Shown here: in pieces, positions 26,931-35,787 of the stretch | How positions within the stretch are numbered: the stretch's first letter is position 1 | How the letters are laid out: each line of letters starts with the position of its first letter | Source of the DNA: a virus | Lineage: Duplodnaviria; Caudoviricetes | Virus record (IMG/VR): IMGVR_UViG_3300009494_000005 | Coordinates: 1-52,313 of that record | Length of the DNA: 52,313 bases | Reading direction: 5' to 3' (one strand) | The notes under the pieces: generated by a model | What the model was told of the DNA's origin: nothing | What the model saw: the letters and a program-made list of their open reading frames with translations, nothing else | Database searches by the model: none | Made by a program: the position numbers and the translations under genes

Positions 26931-27526
26931 CCTCGATCTTCGACAAGGTGCTCCGGTACGACCGAGCGAGCTTCCCGTCGGCGGTCCTCGTCACCGGTCC
27001 ACAGCGGGCCGGCACGCGGATCGCAGCCAAGATGGTCGCGGCCGACATCGGGCACACCTACTACGACGAGACCACCATCGGCATCAACAAGCTAGACCTC
27101 GCGCTCACCGTTATGCGACGGGGCGCGGTCGTGCTCCACGCGCCCGGGCTCTGCCACCTGTCACACCTCCTAACGGACGCGCGACTCGCCCGGGTGCCGA
27201 TCAATGTGATCATCGTCCGGCGCGCTCTGCCCGACATCATCAAGTCATGCGAGCGGATCAACTGGAACGACCGCGACGAGCGCGCGGCCTATCGGGGCCG
27301 GCCGGAGTTTGGCCCCTACATGACCGACGGCGCGCACGTCGCGCAGTGGAAATACGAAGTCCTCGACTGCTACCAACGCCCTTACGCCGGCCGGCTCGTT
27401 GGGACGTTCTACTTCCAGATTGCCTATGAGGACTTGCGCGCGCACCCGTTGTGGTTGCCGAAGGAGGACCGCACTGATTGGGAGTGGGACCGCACCGCTC
27501 CCGGCAAAGGAGGCAGGAACGCATGA
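26927..27526 (+). CDS. Sulfotransferase-like P-loop protein
   Basis: 5'-PSB motif TGPQRAGT, 3'-PB motif IVRR..PDII.S, and IAYEDL. Confidence 0.65.
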   Translation: MTSIFDKVLRYDRASFPSAVLVTGPQRAGTRIAAKMVAADIGHTYYDETTIGINKLDLALTVMRRGAVVLHAPGLCHLSHLLTDARLARVPINVIIVRRALPDIIKSCERINWNDRDERAAYRGRPEFGPYMTDGAHVAQWKYEVLDCYQRPYAGRLVGTFYFQIAYEDLRAHPLWLPKEDRTDWEWDRTAPGKGGRNA

Positions 27527-27921
27527 GCAGACACACAATCAGAGCGGCCGTGCAGAGCCTTGAGGGGTTCGACACGGAGGACATGGCGGCCGTGATCTCC
27601 GCACTGGAGGCCGCCAAGGTTGCCGACCTCGCGATAGTCGAGGAGGCAGGGACCATGCTCGCGGTCGACGACCGGACCGTTCACCTAGTGGCATGGCCCG
27701 CCGGGGTTCTGATTCCCGAGATCGGGGAGAACCTCACCCCGACACTGGAGGTGTCGGAGTGCGAGAACTGCCGCCGGCAGAGCATCCTGATCGGGCAACA
27801 GCACGACGCGATTCGGCAACTGACCCACCTCGTCAGGAGCCTGACCCGGATCGTCGAGGTCTACACCAACGCGACGGTCTACACGACCATGAACCCGGAG
27901 GGAGGCGACAGTGGCCAATGA
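27523..27921 (+). CDS. Hypothetical protein
   Basis: GGAGG and ATGA overlap, CENC plus coiled coil. Confidence 0.6.
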   Translation: MSRHTIRAAVQSLEGFDTEDMAAVISALEAAKVADLAIVEEAGTMLAVDDRTVHLVAWPAGVLIPEIGENLTPTLEVSECENCRRQSILIGQQHDAIRQLTHLVRSLTRIVEVYTNATVYTTMNPEGGDSGQ

Positions 27922-28567
27922 TCCGCGGATAGTGCCGGTCGGAATCCCGGTCGACAGTCTCGCGGTCGCGGCATACATGAGCTACGCCGTGACGAAGCTC
28001 AAGAACGACGGCGATCTCGAGGAGGAAGGGCGGCCCGAGGATCAGGTGCCGCCGTTCAAGGATCTCCCGCCGGCCGAGCAAGCCGGTTGGCTCGCGGCGG
28101 TTCAGGGCGTGCTCTCCAACGGAGGCATGACATTCGCCACGCGGCCGCCGGGCCAACTAGCGATCGACCTCGGCGTAATGACCGTGGAGGAGATCGCAGA
28201 GACCTACCCGATCCGGCAAGCGGAGGACGGCAACGTGCGGCTCCCGTCGACACCCGACGCGACGACTTGGCAGATGTTCGGCCGGATCACCGCGCGGTTC
28301 CTCGGGCACGCCGGGCTCATCGTGCCGGCCGCCATGACACAGGGCATCCTCAAGGAGACAATCGGGCCGACCGGCGACGAGACCGAGGGCGCACCGATCA
28401 TCGGCGCGGTCGCGGTTGTCGAGATCCCCTACGAGTGCTTCCGCGCGCTGACCGATGCAGGGTTCGAGGACGGCGAAACCGTGAGCCTCGGAATCCTTAA
28501 CCCGATGAGCGCGAAGGACAAGCCCAACGACGCGATGCTCGAACCTACGGAGGGAGGAGCACATTGA
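27911..28567 (+). CDS. Hypothetical protein
   Basis: GGAGG-GTG in an operon context. Confidence 0.65.
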   Translation: MANDPRIVPVGIPVDSLAVAAYMSYAVTKLKNDGDLEEEGRPEDQVPPFKDLPPAEQAGWLAAVQGVLSNGGMTFATRPPGQLAIDLGVMTVEEIAETYPIRQAEDGNVRLPSTPDATTWQMFGRITARFLGHAGLIVPAAMTQGILKETIGPTGDETEGAPIIGAVAVVEIPYECFRALTDAGFEDGETVSLGILNPMSAKDKPNDAMLEPTEGGAH

Positions 28568-28998
28568 TGGCACACGACGAGGAGGTGGTCACAATCACGG
28601 AGCTCGCGAGCACGCCCGAGCTCATCAAGATCCGTGACGTGTTCGCGGCCGGCCGGCCGGAGGAACTTGGAGCCCTCCGTAACGACATCCTCGCCGCCGT
28701 GCTGACGGAGCTCGTCGGCTACCGGACGATGCAGGACGCCGAGGAGCAAGCCGCCCGGGCTCTCGCGGAAGGGCACGAGGTTGACACGCTCACCCTGACG
28801 GCCGCCCGCTTCAAGCTCGCCCTCTCCAAGCTCCAACAGGAGCTTGATCGGAGGATCGGGGTCAGCACCTCCCAGTACGGGCAGAACATCATCGAGTGCC
28901 TCGACCTTCTCACCGCCCTCCTGTTGCAACACGCAACGGAGCCGGGCGATTTGCCCGGCCGAGGCGACATGGCCGGGCGGGACCGTTCGGGGGGGTAA
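28567..28998 (+). CDS. Hypothetical helical protein
   Basis: GGAGGAG RBS and TGATG overlap. Confidence 0.6.
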   Translation: MAHDEEVVTITELASTPELIKIRDVFAAGRPEELGALRNDILAAVLTELVGYRTMQDAEEQAARALAEGHEVDTLTLTAARFKLALSKLQQELDRRIGVSTSQYGQNIIECLDLLTALLLQHATEPGDLPGRGDMAGRDRSGG

Positions 28999-29048
28999 AT
29001 CCGGTTGCCCCCGCGTTGCCCCCGTGGTAGGGTTGTAATAGACGGAGT

Positions 29049-29064
29049 TGGAATCAGACTTGCA
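29049..29064 (+). promoter_or_regulatory. Sigma54-type promoter P4
   Basis: TGGAATCAGACTTGCA, 27 nt before ATG 29092. Confidence 0.7.
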
Positions 29065-29091
29065 CTACAGAGGGGCAGAAGGGAGGACAAG

Positions 29092-29238
29092 ATGAGAACA
29101 CTGACCCTGACACTAGCAATCGCCGGCCCGATGGCACTGACCCTGAGCACGGCGATGATCCTGATTCTAGCCGCCGTCGCGCTGACCGCCGGCCTGACAG
29201 TGGACGGACTGAGCGATCTGAGGAGGGCGAAATGCTGA
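29092..29238 (+). CDS. Small membrane peptide (48 aa)
   Basis: GGGAGG-ATG, hydrophobic core. Confidence 0.6.
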   Translation: MRTLTLTLAIAGPMALTLSTAMILILAAVALTAGLTVDGLSDLRRAKC

Positions 29239-29354
29239 CGACCCTGACCGACTACCTGAGCGCGACTAGCCCGATGATCTGGACTTGCACCGGCGCGGTG
29301 ATAGTGGTAGTGGTGATTTACCGAGTGCTGATCAAGCCGATAATCGACGCCTAG
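29232..29354 (+). CDS. Small membrane peptide (40 aa, not in ORF track)
   Basis: GGAGG-ATG, MLTTLTDYLSATSPMIWTCTGAVIVVVVIYRVLIKPIIDA. Confidence 0.55.
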   Translation: MLTTLTDYLSATSPMIWTCTGAVIVVVVIYRVLIKPIIDA

Positions 29355-29362
29355 GAGGAGGA

Positions 29363-29953
29363 GTGAGCGCGACCCTGCACGAACTGGCCGTGGAGCACGG
29401 GACCGACAAGGCCCGTCACGGCTACTGCCCGTTCTACGAGGAGGTGTTCGGCCCCTACCGCGACAAGATCGCGCGGGTGCTGGAGATCGGCGTCAAGGAC
29501 GGGGCATCGCTCAGGGTTTGGCTCGACTACTTCCCGAACGCGCACATCTTCGGGCTCGACAACGGCACGACCGCCGACCCCGACCGTTGGCCGCGCGGCC
29601 CGCGCGTCACCATCATCGCCGGCGATCAAGGCACGGTGCCCGACCTGTTCCGGGCCGGCATGATCGCGGGGCTCTGCGACATCATCCTCGACGACGGCGG
29701 GCACACGATGTGGCAACAGCAACTGAGCTTCGCCGCGCTCTGGCCGCACGTTTTCCCGGGCGGCTTCTACGTGATCGAAGATACGCACACGAGCCGCATC
29801 CTTGACGGGTTCGGCCGGAACGATTCCCCTGAGACCACCGAGGCGATGCTTGGCCGGCTCCAGTTCGAGCTCGGGTTCGAGATCGAGAGCATGGCCGGCT
29901 CCGAGCGTGATGCAACGTCGGTGATTCATAAGCCACCAAGGAGGCTGGCATGA
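29363..29953 (+). CDS. Class I SAM-dependent sugar O-methyltransferase (MycE-like)
   Basis: GTDK..HGY..FY, VLEIGV..GASL..W..YFP, GDQ, DIILDDGGH, GGFYVIED. Confidence 0.85.
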   Translation: MSATLHELAVEHGTDKARHGYCPFYEEVFGPYRDKIARVLEIGVKDGASLRVWLDYFPNAHIFGLDNGTTADPDRWPRGPRVTIIAGDQGTVPDLFRAGMIAGLCDIILDDGGHTMWQQQLSFAALWPHVFPGGFYVIEDTHTSRILDGFGRNDSPETTEAMLGRLQFELGFEIESMAGSERDATSVIHKPPRRLA

Positions 29954-30156
29954 TGAGCCGATGGTTGGCCCGAGAGCACATGAGGCAGATCCCCAACGGT
30001 TTCGAGGACACGACATGGCCCGATCTTGGCCGAGCGTTCTACCACTTCGCCGCCGCGATCTTCTGGCTCGGAGTGCTCGTCCTCCACCAAGGAGCATGGC
30101 ACATCTACTACCGGACGCTCGACGGCCTCCGGGGAGAGGGAGCGCGCAAGTGGTGA
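29950..30156 (+). CDS. Small membrane protein
   Basis: ATGA overlap, one hydrophobic helix. Confidence 0.55.
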   Translation: MMSRWLAREHMRQIPNGFEDTTWPDLGRAFYHFAAAIFWLGVLVLHQGAWHIYYRTLDGLRGEGARKW

Positions 30157-30818
30157 GGACGCTGACGATCATGGTCCTGATGGCCGCGTTCCAGTTGAGC
30201 ATCCTCGCGATTGGCGGCGCGTTCGCAGGCCCGCCCTCGCACGTCGATTGGCTGACGACGTTCGAGATCGCGCCCGGTGACACCATCGCCGCTTGGAGCA
30301 TCGTCGACCCGAGCCCGGCCGCGCTCGACGCCGTGGGGCACAAACTCCTCACCGCCGGCCGGCTCGACGCCTACCGTTACATGCACAAGGAAGCGGGCGA
30401 CTACCTTCGGGTAATCGTCTACGTCAAGGACGGCTCGCGGTGGAAGCTCACAGCGAACACGCGCATTGTGTTCTGCTACCCGGAGCGGGAGATCGGGACG
30501 GTAGAGGTACTGTTCCCGACCGCCGACGGTCGCGCCGTCCTAAGTTCGCGGAGCGGAGTCGTCGTCGGATCGGCGGGGGTTGAGTTGGCCCGGTCGACCG
30601 ACGGCGGCTACCGTGGTTATCTGCGATTCGCACCGGGTTCCCTGCCCCGCCCGGAGCGGAGGTGGTTCGGGGGCGGCAACAGGTGGGGGGTTCTGCCCCC
30701 CGAGTTCGCGGAGGTTCAGGAGGTGCACGATGAAGCTGACCCTGATCCTGCTCGTAGTCTGCCTGATAGCACTCGGGCCGATGGTGACCGCGTCGTTGCC
30801 GGTGCAGGTGGCCGGTGA
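30153..30818 (+). CDS. Putative secreted protein
   Basis: Signal-peptide-like N-terminus ending AFA. Confidence 0.55.
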   Translation: MRTLTIMVLMAAFQLSILAIGGAFAGPPSHVDWLTTFEIAPGDTIAAWSIVDPSPAALDAVGHKLLTAGRLDAYRYMHKEAGDYLRVIVYVKDGSRWKLTANTRIVFCYPEREIGTVEVLFPTADGRAVLSSRSGVVVGSAGVELARSTDGGYRGYLRFAPGSLPRPERRWFGGGNRWGVLPPEFAEVQEVHDEADPDPARSLPDSTRADGDRVVAGAGGR

Positions 30819-30918
30819 TGTCGCGATCGCGTCCGGCGTTGGCGACGACGACAACTGGGACCTGTGGGATTGGCTGGTCCTCTACTGGACTACCAACTGG
30901 GACGACTGGCCGATGTAG
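30730..30918 (+). CDS. Small secreted Trp/Asp-rich peptide
   Basis: GGAGG-ATG, signal peptide, tail DDDNWDLWDWLVLYWTTNWDDW. Confidence 0.55.
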   Translation: MKLTLILLVVCLIALGPMVTASLPVQVAGDVAIASGVGDDDNWDLWDWLVLYWTTNWDDWPM

Positions 30919-31207
30919 GGTTCCGATCGCGCGGACGGTCCTCGCGGTGGCAATCATCGCGGGGACGCCCGCTGTCGCCGGTCGAGACGTTCTGATCGGC
31001 GTGACGCCGGACACCTGCTACACCGTGACCGTTGACGGCTCACTGATTCACGAGGCGATCGCGGCTGACAGCCTCGGGATCTTCGAGTTCGCGCTCGAGA
31101 CCCTTCCGGCGGGCCGTCACACGGTCACACTTGAACCGACCGGGTGCGACACGACAGCGTTCGTGATCTGCCCGGGCGAATGCGGCATAAGGCCGCAGGA
31201 GGATTGA
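30815..31207 (+). CDS. Putative secreted protein ending FVICPGECG (true start uncertain, probably near 30920-30950)
   Basis: Signal-like VLAVAIIAGTPAVA and a C-terminal motif shared with the next gene. Confidence 0.5.
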   Translation: MMSRSRPALATTTTGTCGIGWSSTGLPTGTTGRCRVPIARTVLAVAIIAGTPAVAGRDVLIGVTPDTCYTVTVDGSLIHEAIAADSLGIFEFALETLPAGRHTVTLEPTGCDTTAFVICPGECGIRPQED

Positions 31208-31208
31208 C

Positions 31209-31613
31209 ATGCGGACGTTCCAGATCTTCGCTCTGATTCTGCTCCTCGGGGTGCTGTCGCCGTTCGCGGCAACGGCCGCCGTCTACCTGCCGGACGCTTT
31301 CGGCGTCCTCTACTGGTCCGGGTTCGGCGGGCCCGGGTGCGAGGAGTTCCCGACCGAGGCCGTGGTGCACTACACAGTCGAGTGGGCACCGACCGGCTCT
31401 GAGCTCTACGCCGTTCTCATCGACGACCTGCCACACCTCGGAGTCGGAGTCGAACACACAACGACCTTCACCCTCCCCGATTTCGACGGCTACGACTACC
31501 GGATCACATGCACCGCAGAGCTAGACGGTCAGACCTTCACCGCTGATTGCGAGGTGGTCGACGTTAGGATCTTCGTGGTGTGTCCCGGAGAATGCGGAGC
31601 ACGGACCGAATGA
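31209..31613 (+). CDS. Putative secreted protein ending FVVCPGECG
   Basis: GGAGG-ATG and a classical signal peptide. Confidence 0.65.
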   Translation: MRTFQIFALILLLGVLSPFAATAAVYLPDAFGVLYWSGFGGPGCEEFPTEAVVHYTVEWAPTGSELYAVLIDDLPHLGVGVEHTTTFTLPDFDGYDYRITCTAELDGQTFTADCEVVDVRIFVVCPGECGARTE

Positions 31614-32431
31614 GCCGGAACACGAACATCATCGGGGTCGTGATGCTGACGAGCACGCCCGCCCTAGCGGCTCAGGCGATTCGCTCGGTCAAGCTCACGA
31701 CCCCGCCCGGCGTGACCCTAGCGTGGGGCCTTGGACTGTATAAAGTCGCGTTGAGCGAGACTGACGGGCTCCCTGACGTCGATCTGGCGATTCACTTCGA
31801 CGAGCCCGAGTTCTCCTTCTCGAGATTCAACAACATCATGGCGGCCAAGCTCTGCGCCCGCTATGTCTCTGCCGGCGGGCTCGACTTCCTCCTGTTCATC
31901 AACGACGACATCGCGGCCCGGCCGGACTCGAACTGGCTCGGGGCGATGATCCTCGCGCACACATGGGCCGGCGCGTCTGAGGTGGGGATCAAGCTCGTCT
32001 ACCCGGAGGACCGCGTCGCGCCCGGGAAGATTCAACACTGCGGGCACTACCGAGGGCACGGCGGGACCGGCACGCATCGCGGCCTCTACGCCGATCCCGA
32101 CGCCCCACAGTTCTCGAAGCCGGCATGGGTGCCGACGTGGGCCGTCACCGGAGCCGTAGTGCTCGTGACGCCGGCCGACTTCTGGAAGGTGGGCGGGTTC
32201 GACGAGGGATACCGCACGCTCTGGCAGGACGTCGACTTGTCGCTGGCCCTCCGGCGCACGACAGGACGCCCCGTGGTCTGCGTGCAGGACGAGTGGCTCT
32301 ACCACTTCGAGGGCGCGACGCAAGGCGGCAGGTTCGACGAGGAACCGTGGTGGCTCACGCGCCCCGACGTGCAGGAGGACCGCGATCGGTTCATCAAGAA
32401 ATGGCCCCCATCGGAGGATGGAGCACTATGA
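31610..32431 (+). CDS. Glycosyltransferase family 2 (GT-A)
   Basis: FS..NN, LLFINDD, VG.KL.YP, AVTGA.., VGGFDE.Y...QDVDL.L. Confidence 0.9.
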   Translation: MSRNTNIIGVVMLTSTPALAAQAIRSVKLTTPPGVTLAWGLGLYKVALSETDGLPDVDLAIHFDEPEFSFSRFNNIMAAKLCARYVSAGGLDFLLFINDDIAARPDSNWLGAMILAHTWAGASEVGIKLVYPEDRVAPGKIQHCGHYRGHGGTGTHRGLYADPDAPQFSKPAWVPTWAVTGAVVLVTPADFWKVGGFDEGYRTLWQDVDLSLALRRTTGRPVVCVQDEWLYHFEGATQGGRFDEEPWWLTRPDVQEDRDRFIKKWPPSEDGAL

Positions 32432-33531
32432 GAATCGCGCTCGCGACGACGAGCCTTGCGAAGCACGGAGGGGCCGCGTCGTTTCAGGACCACCTCGCCG
32501 CTCAACTACGCGACGCCGGTAATCAGGTAACTCAATACCGGATTGGCCGAACGGACGAGAAGAAGGGCCGAATCATCTGCGTCGACAAGGACTGTATCAA
32601 GCGGCCCGACGAGGAGTTCATCGCGGAGGAACGGCTGACCTGTGGATGGGAGGACCTGTGGGAGCGGAACGATCTCGTCCACATCACGAACCCGGGGAGC
32701 CTACACCTCGGGTTCAACTGGGATCAGCTGTTCGCAACGAAGCACGGGCCCCTTGCCCTCACGATCCACGACCCCCACGAGATCGAGGTGCTCGGGCCGA
32801 CCCTGATCGAACTGTGCAAGACCGCCGACCTCGTGACGTTTCTGAGCCCACGGTATTTGGAACACTTCGTGTCGGCCGGCTACGTGGACGCCGAGATCAT
32901 GCGACTCAAGGCCGTCTACGTCCGACAGCCGTATGTCAGGAGGAACGACCCCGCGCGGATCTTCGAGAAGGCCCGTCGCGTCGTGTGCACGTCGGGATGG
33001 CGGCCGGTGAAACGGATCGACCTCATCGTCAAGGCGGCCGAGTTCCTGCCTGTCGAGAGCGGCAACGTCAAGCCTCTGGAGTTCTGGAGCGGTGACGGGG
33101 TCGCCTACGTCGAGGACATGGTCGAGAATCTGCCGGGTATGGCGAACTGCGAGGATCACGGCGAGTGGGACGACGAGCAGATGGACGACGTCTACGGCAC
33201 CGCCGGCGCGGTTGTGAACATGACGATGTTCGACGAGTCCGACACCGGGCGAACGGAATACCCGATACTGGAGGCGTGGGACTATCAGGTAATGCCGGTG
33301 ATCGGGACGGACTTCGCCGGTGACGCCGAGTTCGGCCAGCTTCAACCGGGATTCAACTGCTTCACGGCCGAGCCGACACCGGAGGCGGTCGCGGCCCGGA
33401 TCATCGACGCCCTCGACAACCCGAAACCGCCGGCCTACTTCGCCAAGTCGCTTGAGCCCCACGAGGACGCCGGCAGGGACTACCTTGCAGCATATGAGGA
33501 GGCGATCGCGCGATGCGTGACCAAGGAGTGA
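32428..33531 (+). CDS. Glycosyltransferase family 4 (GT-B)
   Basis: MRIA......GGA, LTIHD, R.VKRID...KAA, EYPILEAW. Confidence 0.8.
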   Translation: MRIALATTSLAKHGGAASFQDHLAAQLRDAGNQVTQYRIGRTDEKKGRIICVDKDCIKRPDEEFIAEERLTCGWEDLWERNDLVHITNPGSLHLGFNWDQLFATKHGPLALTIHDPHEIEVLGPTLIELCKTADLVTFLSPRYLEHFVSAGYVDAEIMRLKAVYVRQPYVRRNDPARIFEKARRVVCTSGWRPVKRIDLIVKAAEFLPVESGNVKPLEFWSGDGVAYVEDMVENLPGMANCEDHGEWDDEQMDDVYGTAGAVVNMTMFDESDTGRTEYPILEAWDYQVMPVIGTDFAGDAEFGQLQPGFNCFTAEPTPEAVAARIIDALDNPKPPAYFAKSLEPHEDAGRDYLAAYEEAIARCVTKE

Positions 33532-33812
33532 TCTTCGAGTTGCGGGTTCTGTTCTGGCTTGCCGTCAGGATCGCGGGGGGGGTTGTCGAGCACATCGGGG
33601 CCCGCCTCCGCGAGATCCGCGAGAGCCCGCCGTGCTACGGGTCCGGTCTCGAGCCGCCGGGGCCTGACGACGTGTTCACCGCGCCTCTCGAGGACGACAA
33701 GTGGGGCGCGCCTAGTGTCGGAGGGCCCTTGACCGCCGAGGAGTTCGACCGCCTCCGCGATCGCATGAACAGTGGCGAGCCGGTAGACCTCAACCGCGAG
33801 GAGATCAACTGA
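33513..33812 (+). CDS. Hypothetical protein
   Basis: Operon packing, TGATG junction with the next gene. Confidence 0.55.
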   Translation: MRDQGVIFELRVLFWLAVRIAGGVVEHIGARLREIRESPPCYGSGLEPPGPDDVFTAPLEDDKWGAPSVGGPLTAEEFDRLRDRMNSGEPVDLNREEIN

Positions 33813-34360
33813 TGGGCAAGCTGACCATGGAATACCGGAGGCTCGACGACGTCGTGCCGGCCGACGAGAACCCGAAGGGGCACAAGATCGGCGCCATCAT
33901 CGAGTCGATCAAGCGGCGCGGGTTCGCTGACGGACTCGTGGAGGACGGGCGCACAGGGAAGCTTGTCGGGGGGCACGGCCGCCTCCAAGCTCTCCAGCAG
34001 ATGCGGGACGCGCACGAGCCGGAACCGGAGGGGATCATGGTGAGCGACGCCGGGTGGTTCGTGCCTGTGCAGGTGGGATGGCGGTCGAAGAACGACGCCG
34101 ACGCCCGCGCGATGCTCGTCGCGCTCAACAAGATCGTCGAGCTCGGGGGATGGGACGAGGTCATACTCGGGCCGTTCCTGCGGGGGATCAACGACGACGG
34201 CGAGCTCATAGGAACCGGGTTCAACGAGCACGACCTCAAGGGATTCGGTGACGCCGGGCCTGACGGTGGGTTCGGAGGAGAGCCCGGCGGTGGAGGGCCC
34301 CGCGAGGGCGTGCACCGCACCTGTCCGAAATGCGGCTTCCAGTGGACGGAGGACGCTTGA
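33812..34360 (+). CDS. ParB N-terminal-like protein with C-terminal CPKCG zinc ribbon
   Basis: NP..H...I.ESI...GF, LVGGHGRL.A, ALNK, CPKCGF. Confidence 0.8.
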   Translation: MGKLTMEYRRLDDVVPADENPKGHKIGAIIESIKRRGFADGLVEDGRTGKLVGGHGRLQALQQMRDAHEPEPEGIMVSDAGWFVPVQVGWRSKNDADARAMLVALNKIVELGGWDEVILGPFLRGINDDGELIGTGFNEHDLKGFGDAGPDGGFGGEPGGGGPREGVHRTCPKCGFQWTEDA

Positions 34361-35787
34361 TGCAGAAGATCGGATGGTTGATGTATGAGGGCCCATACAA
34401 GAACTCGCGCGGCACGTCGGCCTCCTTCCTCAGGCAAGGGAACATCGGCGCCCTCGTGGTGTTCGACATCCTCCGGCGCGCGGGCTTCGAGTGTGTCCCG
34501 GTCGTTCCTCGAGACGCCCACCAGTTCGACGTCGTCGCGTTCTCCCTGACGAGCTCGTTCGACTACTACAACTTCCTCCGGGCTGTCGGGAAGCTCCCGG
34601 AGTGGCAGCCGGGACGGCGCAAGTTCAAGGTGATCGCCGGCGGGGCCGGCCTCAACAACGCGCTCGCCCTCCGGAATTACGTCGACTACGCCGCCTACGG
34701 CCGGGCCGAGGTGTTCATCGCGAATCTCGTTGCCGACGCGATCGCCGGCCGTCCGAGCAAGAGCCCGCACGTCCTCAACCTCCCCGAGATCCGGCCCGTG
34801 ACCTACGCTCAGGTTGACGAGCTCTACGAGCACGAGGTTGACGTGCCGGCGGTACACAGCGGGAAGTGGTGCGAGCACAACATCGGATGCCACCGGTGTT
34901 GCTACTTCTGCTTCTACCGCTACTCCCGGAAGTTCGTCAGCGAGCGCGAGACCTACAAGTACTCAGGAGCGGACGGACCGGGGGGAGGAATGCAGATCGA
35001 GCTCACCATGCTCGACGTGATCGAGAAGTGGCACGGTGAGTGGCCCCGCCTCCTGCCGGCGGCCGACGGATTCTCAGAGCGGCTCCGGTTCGCGTTCAAC
35101 AAGAAGATCAGCCGCGACATGATCGCGGAGGTCGGCCGGCACCTTGCCGACGTGTGGACCCTCACCCGAGGGCACGAGCCCGAGAAGCGGCTCCGGTGCA
35201 TGGTCTACAACATCGCCAACCTGCCGACCGAGACTGACGAGGACCGGGCCGAACTGCCCGCGGATCTTGTCAACGCCGCACCTGACGGCCGCGTGACCTA
35301 CGTTCTACACTCGACCCCGTTCCGTCCCTCGCCGCTCACGCCCTCCGCGTACCTCCCCGTTGCACTGTTCCCCGCTCACCGCCTCCAGCCGGGCGAGAGC
35401 AAGCTGCTCGGGAAGGAAGGGAACACGCAGGTGTTCGTGTCAGGGACTCAGGAATCCCCGATCTCGCAACTGATGAGCCTCATCATCGAGCGTGCCACCG
35501 ACCCCGATCTGACCGACAAGATCCTCGGGTCGATGCTGTTCGGCAAGGACTACCGCCGGCAGAAAACGTGGCGCGACAAGCTCCGCGCCCTGTCGGGATG
35601 GTTCGACCTCGACGGCTACCTCCGCAGTTATAGCCTTGACGAGCCCCTGCCGACGTGGTATCTCGGCTCGTACACGAAGCCGGCGACGGTTCGCCGGCAA
35701 GCCAAGCGACTCAAGGGTGCGCTCGGCATACTGGAGCCCGGGGAGGGTGACGACGTTGACGACGCTACACCTGCCAATCATCCGTAG
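34360..35787 (+). CDS. Radical SAM enzyme with degenerate B12-binding-like N-terminus
   Basis: CxxxCxxC (GCHRCCYFC), VIAGGAG, GRAE, DGFSERLR...K.I, FRPSPLTP. Confidence 0.8.
   Translation: MQKIGWLMYEGPYKNSRGTSASFLRQGNIGALVVFDILRRAGFECVPVVPRDAHQFDVVAFSLTSSFDYYNFLRAVGKLPEWQPGRRKFKVIAGGAGLNNALALRNYVDYAAYGRAEVFIANLVADAIAGRPSKSPHVLNLPEIRPVTYAQVDELYEHEVDVPAVHSGKWCEHNIGCHRCCYFCFYRYSRKFVSERETYKYSGADGPGGGMQIELTMLDVIEKWHGEWPRLLPAADGFSERLRFAFNKKISRDMIAEVGRHLADVWTLTRGHEPEKRLRCMVYNIANLPTETDEDRAELPADLVNAAPDGRVTYVLHSTPFRPSPLTPSAYLPVALFPAHRLQPGESKLLGKEGNTQVFVSGTQESPISQLMSLIIERATDPDLTDKILGSMLFGKDYRRQKTWRDKLRALSGWFDLDGYLRSYSLDEPLPTWYLGSYTKPATVRRQAKRLKGALGILEPGEGDDVDDATPANHP

Noticed and set aside
29005-29033. 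Sigma70 promoter TTGCCC-17-TAGGGT
   Set aside because: Weak match that could arise by chance in GC-rich DNA.
33812-34360. Plasmid partition ParB
   Set aside because: Only the N-terminal domain plus a zinc ribbon is present. There is no HTH or parA, and the context is modification and packaging.
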